From: Oopsacas minuta
Taxonomy: Eukaryota; Animalia; Porifera
Reading direction: 5' to 3'
DNA length: 64,000 bases
NCBI GenBank assembly: GCA_024704765.1
Contig: JAKMXF010000354.1
Location: 295,690 to 359,689 of the forward strand
Positions 59,727-64,000 of the stretch are shown piece after piece; position 1 is the stretch's first letter, and each line of letters starts with the position of its first letter. Under the pieces are notes generated by a model. That model was not told where the DNA came from. It saw only the letters and a list, made by a program, of their open reading frames with translations, and made no database searches. The position numbers were made by a program, and so were the translations under genes.

Positions 59727-61208
59727 CTACCGCATGTAGCAGAATTTAGAAATTAACTGGAGATGATCTGAAGAGTGAAATTTATTCGGCAGTGGACCAA
59801 ATTTCTTCAGATCCATTCTAGGTGGCATAGAGTACCTTGAAACAAGTTTGAGTCGTCTCGAGGCCTTATAACCTCCTTCGTCATCAGTCTCTAATTCAGG
59901 CGATGAGTAGAATATATAATCAACATTCTCAAAAGCAAGGCCATGGAAAGTAGACACAAGAGATGGTTCTGTAATAGAATGAGGATAGACTGAATGAAAT
60001 GTATAGGGGTGTGATAAAACGTAAGCTTTGTCAATTTCCTGAATTGTAGTTGTAATATCCGAACTATTATGATCATTAATTTCAAATTTCGTATCTGAAA
60101 TGTGCATCTTCTTGCAGGCAGAACTGATACCTATTTCAGGTGGTATAAGAGGGTGAGGGATAAGAGCTGAAGACCGTCTCTTATACCCGGCTACCTCGGT
60201 ACGACACAGGTATTTATAGTTGAGGTAGCCTGTACGTACAAAGTTATATAGACAGGAATTAGGTAAGAAGTTAAAATCACCACATATAACTACTGGGTGT
60301 GTGTCTTTATCCTGAATAGTTAGCTCTCTTAACTCCGCGAATAACGTACACAATTGAGCTAGCTTAACATCGCCAGCTTTAGGGCTAAATATCAGATGAG
60401 AAGTAGCTACATACAGATAATCATCTGTAGTAGATGATGTACTGTTGAGTAACTTTAGTTTAAGAATGATTGCTACATTGTCTCTATCAAGTACAGGACA
60501 TCTACGGTTAAACTCTATAAGTTTGTAGGAGATAAGTTCAAACTTGTCCATTCTGAAGAAGATAGCTACTCCATCATTATTATGACCTGTTCTACACTTA
60601 TACGCACCATTGTAGTTATTCTCCTTGAGGTTCGGACAAAAGAATGAATCATATGCTGACCTCTCTACTTCTTGTAGGCAGAGTATATCAGCTGATGAGT
60701 CTATCAGCTGTTCCAACAAATAATATTTTCTATATTCCCATTTGGAATACACAAGATCACAGTGAGTATACAAATCTTCATGCATATCCATTAGGTTTTG
60801 CGCCAATATGTTATATGAGAGAAGAGAGAACTCTTGGACCTCACCGTTATCCTCTTGACTGGATTGGGACAAGTTCTCACTCTTATCCTCTTGACTAGGT
60901 TCGGATAAATTAACCCAACTGCGGTTTAAAACCTGCGTGTCACTAGTCAGCTTCGTAGCGTGCTTCCTTCGAGTTTGTCTCCTACGATGCCTCTGTTTAG
61001 CAGTAGGTTGTGGGGTAGGAGAGTGTGAAGATGATTGCACATTAGAGGGAGGTATGATAGGGTAGAAAGGGTTCCATGGGTACTGAATGAGAGAGGGGGT
61101 ATAGAGCGGTTGACTAGGGGGAAGAAGCCATGAAGGGGGTGGAGGAAGATAGTTAGGGTGCGGTGGATATGTTGGTACATAAAGAGAGGTTAAACGCGTC
61201 GGATCCAT
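59727..61208 (-). CDS. ANGEL: Angel homolog (CCR4/nocturnin EEP family, 2',3'-cyclic phosphatase)
   Basis: SYNILAQ, DILCLQEV, DRDNVA, GDVKLAQL, ICGDFN, VDYIFYS, SSDH; Pro-rich N-terminus; intronless. Confidence 0.9.
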   Translation of the reverse strand: MDPTRLTSLYVPTYPPHPNYLPPPPSWLLPPSQPLYTPSLIQYPWNPFYPIIPPSNVQSSSHSPTPQPTAKQRHRRRQTRRKHATKLTSDTQVLNRSWVNLSEPSQEDKSENLSQSSQEDNGEVQEFSLLSYNILAQNLMDMHEDLYTHCDLVYSKWEYRKYYLLEQLIDSSADILCLQEVERSAYDSFFCPNLKENNYNGAYKCRTGHNNDGVAIFFRMDKFELISYKLIEFNRRCPVLDRDNVAIILKLKLLNSTSSTTDDYLYVATSHLIFSPKAGDVKLAQLCTLFAELRELTIQDKDTHPVVICGDFNFLPNSCLYNFVRTGYLNYKYLCRTEVAGYKRRSSALIPHPLIPPEIGISSACKKMHISDTKFEINDHNSSDITTTIQEIDKAYVLSHPYTFHSVYPHSITEPSLVSTFHGLAFENVDYIFYSSPELETDDEGGYKASRRLKLVSRYSMPPRMDLKKFGPLPNKFHSSDHLQLISKFCYMR

Positions 61209-61315
61209 TCATGAAAAGTATAAATACTGACGGGTATAAATTAACAGAACAAATATACGAATTGTTTTGCAAATTATAATTTAAAATCAGCATTACATTA
61301 CAATGTCCACTATTA

Positions 61316-61448
61316 CCCTACACCCTACACCCTACACCCTACACCCTACACCCTACAGCCTACAGCCTACACCCTACACCCTACACCCTACACCCTACAG
61401 CCTACACCCTACAGCCTACACCCTACACCCTACAGCCTACAGCCTACA
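61316..61448. repeat. Heptamer tandem array, 19 units (13 CCCTACA + 6 GCCTACA)
   Basis: Parsed unit by unit. Confidence 0.97.
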
Positions 61449-61941
61449 CGATACAACTTGTGCAACGCAATAAATGTCCATTTATGCAACATTCAATATA
61501 CAAGTTACAAATTCGTTAGAATAATATTAAGATAAGAATCGGTACATTATACCTGCAAGGTTACAATAAAGTCAAACATTCTGTTGCAACTTTGCTAATT
61601 GGAAATATCTCGGATCATGACATTATTCTGTTGAAGATGTAGCAAGTACGACAAAGTAACCGATGAATTATGTGTTTAATAGATAAATAATTTCGAAGAA
61701 AAGCAAATACATCTTGAGACAAAATCCGATTTTTATTGTACGAAAAGTGAAGGGTAATCCGAAATTCATTCACATTTTTACTTATGAATGTGAATGAGAT
61801 TCAAAAAACAGCATCACTACCACCGCGAACTCCCAGCTCCACGTAATGATCCATAACAACGCAAATATCCATGTGTTATGGTTAGATGATTGATGATTGT
61901 ACGCGAGGATATCTAATTATCCATCTTACAATAATCTAGTG

Positions 61942-62663
61942 CAGTGGTACTCAAACTGGGGGCCGCGAGGAGGTTGCAAAGGGGCCGCGGAATGGCTATG
62001 GAAAGTGATTTACGAAATTTTATTCTTTAAAGTTTTAGTTATTCCCCACAACTTCTACGATAATATCTGAATTCTTTTTGCTTTCCTCGAATTGTAAACA
62101 AATTACACTTATTCCACTTCCCAGAATGCTATTTAGAATTACGTCACCCTGCAATCATATAACATAGAGCGTTAAATACAAACAATCGTCCTGTTTTAAG
62201 AATAGGTAGAGCTTCCATTGATATTGTTTAAATAGATCGTACCTTTGCTAATATCTATTAATATTTTAGTTATTAATTTGCTATCGTTGAAAAAGAAATT
62301 TATGGCCAAACGAAAGCGAGGACAATTGGATACTTACTTACCTTTGTGAGATGGGGTTTTTCAACAATGAGCATTATCAAAACAAAGTATAGGAATTCTC
62401 TGGATGTCAGATCTCCACTACGTGTGGCACTTCAATCGAACCGAGGCTAGATAAGCTCGTCAAATCGAAGCAAGCACACAGTTCTCATTAGTATAATTAA
62501 TCTTATAATTATATCACAATATACCTCTTACTACTTAACACTGATATAATACAATAATAAAAACAAATTTTATTTACTAAAAATGAGACCAACAAGCAGG
62601 GGTCCGTGGAATTGTAATGGAGAAACTTTGGGGCCGCGACATAAAAAAGTTTGAGAAGCACTG
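61942..62663 (+). mobile_element. Non-autonomous hAT (Buster/Charlie-type) element, 722 bp
   Basis: TIRs CAGTGGTACTCAAACT / AGTTTGAGAAGCACTG and a perfect 8-bp TSD ATCTAGTG with central TA. A frameshifted transposase C-terminus at ~62336-62491 reads TYLCEMGF/STMSIIKTKYRNSLDV..LRVAL/EPRLDKLVKSKQAHSSH*. Confidence 0.93.
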
Positions 62664-63289
62664 ATCTAGTGGACATTACAGACTTCTCCCAAAACTGAAG
62701 ATCTGGAAGATATCAGGAGAGATATCTAATTAAAGGAATAACCATCGCATCCTCCCTCATAAATCAGCTTAAGATACTCGTACAAGCACGTAAAAATAGA
62801 ATGTAGTTTTCGACGTATGACTTATAAAACTGAATGAATGATCTTTAACCAAATATAGTAGCCTTGATCCAAAATGGCGTTGTTAGAATAAATTACTAAT
62901 TTTCAGAAAATCAACTAAAATCCTCTAAAATTGAATTTGAAACAAGATTTGCTATATGTATTGCAATTCAGAGCACCCAGAAAATATTAATAAATAACCA
63001 GCCAACAAGTGTCATAAATATATTAGCATAGATAAACACACGCTGTAGCATAACAAACCACGAATTGGACTAGGTCCAAACAACAAAGACAAGAACAAGT
63101 GAGACTTATTATACTTAGAATGAATTAACAAAATATACGAAATGTATGCTAGAATTGTAAATAATTGTCTTTAGTAAAACATATAGTATTGACCAGCTGA
63201 AAGTGCTATTCTTTAATACAAACAATTTTAACAAAGTGTGTCAGCAGAAGCCCAACTAATTATTCTAAAGGATTAAATCATGAAGAGAA

Positions 63290-63988
63290 TCATTTGCTCA
63301 TCGACTGTGACTCTAAGAATTGTTTGTACCTCTTAGCCAGTTCAGCATGTATTTCATAACCGTCAATGTGTCCTACTTGGCCCTTTAGGTAGTATATAAC
63401 TTCCATAGCATTTTCATGTGTATCCACATCTATAAACACTATAGGACTTCCTGACCTAGTGTCTGGTACAATATTTGTGACATTGTCGTGGAAATCTTTG
63501 AGGATATCAACCATTGTTTTGTTGACAACAGAAGGAGGATGGTTCGAGAAATATTCACACTTGAGATAGAGACTAGGGAGACATGTGTATTGTCCAGCTG
63601 GACCTCTAGAACGGGGATAGTCACCCTTCCAGGAATCGTTTGTTCTCCAGCTTTGCCCTCCCTGACCTCTATTGTACCTATCCTGATAAGATTGATATCG
63701 GTTTTGCTGTTGATGCTGGTATCTACCTTCCCTCTGGAAATCGTTATCCTGGTCACGAGATTGGATTCTGTTCGGATAAGCGTGCCTAGTAGGAGCACCG
63801 CTGTAATCAGAGGGGCGGCCTGATTGCTCGTGTCGTTTCTCGTTGAATTCTTCTGAATGTTCCGGTTGTTGTTTGAACACGGGATGTGTCCGCTCAGCCC
63901 CTGCAGAAGAGGAAGGGAACGGATGTGTGTTTTCTGGAGAACTTGGACTCTTCATAGCGTCTGCCCATGACTTGTTAGTCAGCTCCAT
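63290..63988 (-). CDS. Orphan protein with Q/R/G/Y low-complexity region and a degenerate C-terminal RRM-like domain
   Basis: SLYLK...IVFIDVDTHENAMEVIYYLKG...GYEIHAELAK follows RRM spacing. The frame stays open to the window edge, so the start may lie further upstream. Confidence 0.65.
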   Translation of the reverse strand: MELTNKSWADAMKSPSSPENTHPFPSSSAGAERTHPVFKQQPEHSEEFNEKRHEQSGRPSDYSGAPTRHAYPNRIQSRDQDNDFQREGRYQHQQQNRYQSYQDRYNRGQGGQSWRTNDSWKGDYPRSRGPAGQYTCLPSLYLKCEYFSNHPPSVVNKTMVDILKDFHDNVTNIVPDTRSGSPIVFIDVDTHENAMEVIYYLKGQVGHIDGYEIHAELAKRYKQFLESQSMSK

Positions 63989-64000
63989 ATCAGGGACATG

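Noticed and set aside
51121-61208. ITPA-UPF2-Angel as a functional RNA quality-control cluster
   Set aside because: They are separate genes with their own intergenic gaps, and chance adjacency is expected at this gene density; no sequence evidence of co-regulation.
61316-61448. Heptamer array, 72-bp repeats and 30-bp repeats considered as CRISPR arrays or a true telomere
   Set aside because: No unique spacers, eukaryotic context, no cas genes; the unit is not TTAGGG and is internal.
62870-62879. YY1-like CAAAATGGCG motif
   Set aside because: A single short motif with no nearby gene start; not supportable.

Overview
AT-rich, gene-dense eukaryotic (metazoan) DNA with GT-AG introns mostly 55-100 bp long and about 20 protein-coding loci in 64 kb. 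The compact architecture and lineage-specific adhesion GPCRs suggest an early-branching animal, probably a sponge (inference only). The standout is a locus missing from the ORF track because it runs off the left edge. It is an intronless minus-strand ORF (3344 to <1, at least 1114 aa) that joins an N-terminal CxxC...CxxC domain resembling the RIG-I C-terminal regulatory domain, a Dicer/RIG-I-type DExD/H helicase, and the start of a eukaryotic RNA-dependent RNA polymerase. A second hidden gene is selenoprotein L, with a UxxU motif (two in-frame TGA) and a clear 3' SECIS; the ORF track splits it in two. Other genes: C11orf54 with a DYRK4-like kinase nested antisense in its intron, ASPP, a FEM1-like ankyrin protein, two tandem SARAF copies sharing a 326-bp identical tract, ASAP ArfGAP (7 exons), two ~2400-aa adhesion GPCR paralogs, a frameshifted DNAL4, CIMIP1/C20orf85-like, an orphan UBL-helical protein, CYP4, OTULIN (5 exons), ITPA, UPF2 (~35 exons, one GC-AG intron), Angel, and an RRM-like orphan. 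Non-coding features include pogo/mariner-type MITEs, a Buster-type hAT deletion derivative with a perfect 8-bp TSD, microsatellites and a G-rich heptamer array. Family assignments come from manual translation and recalled motifs; no database search was run.
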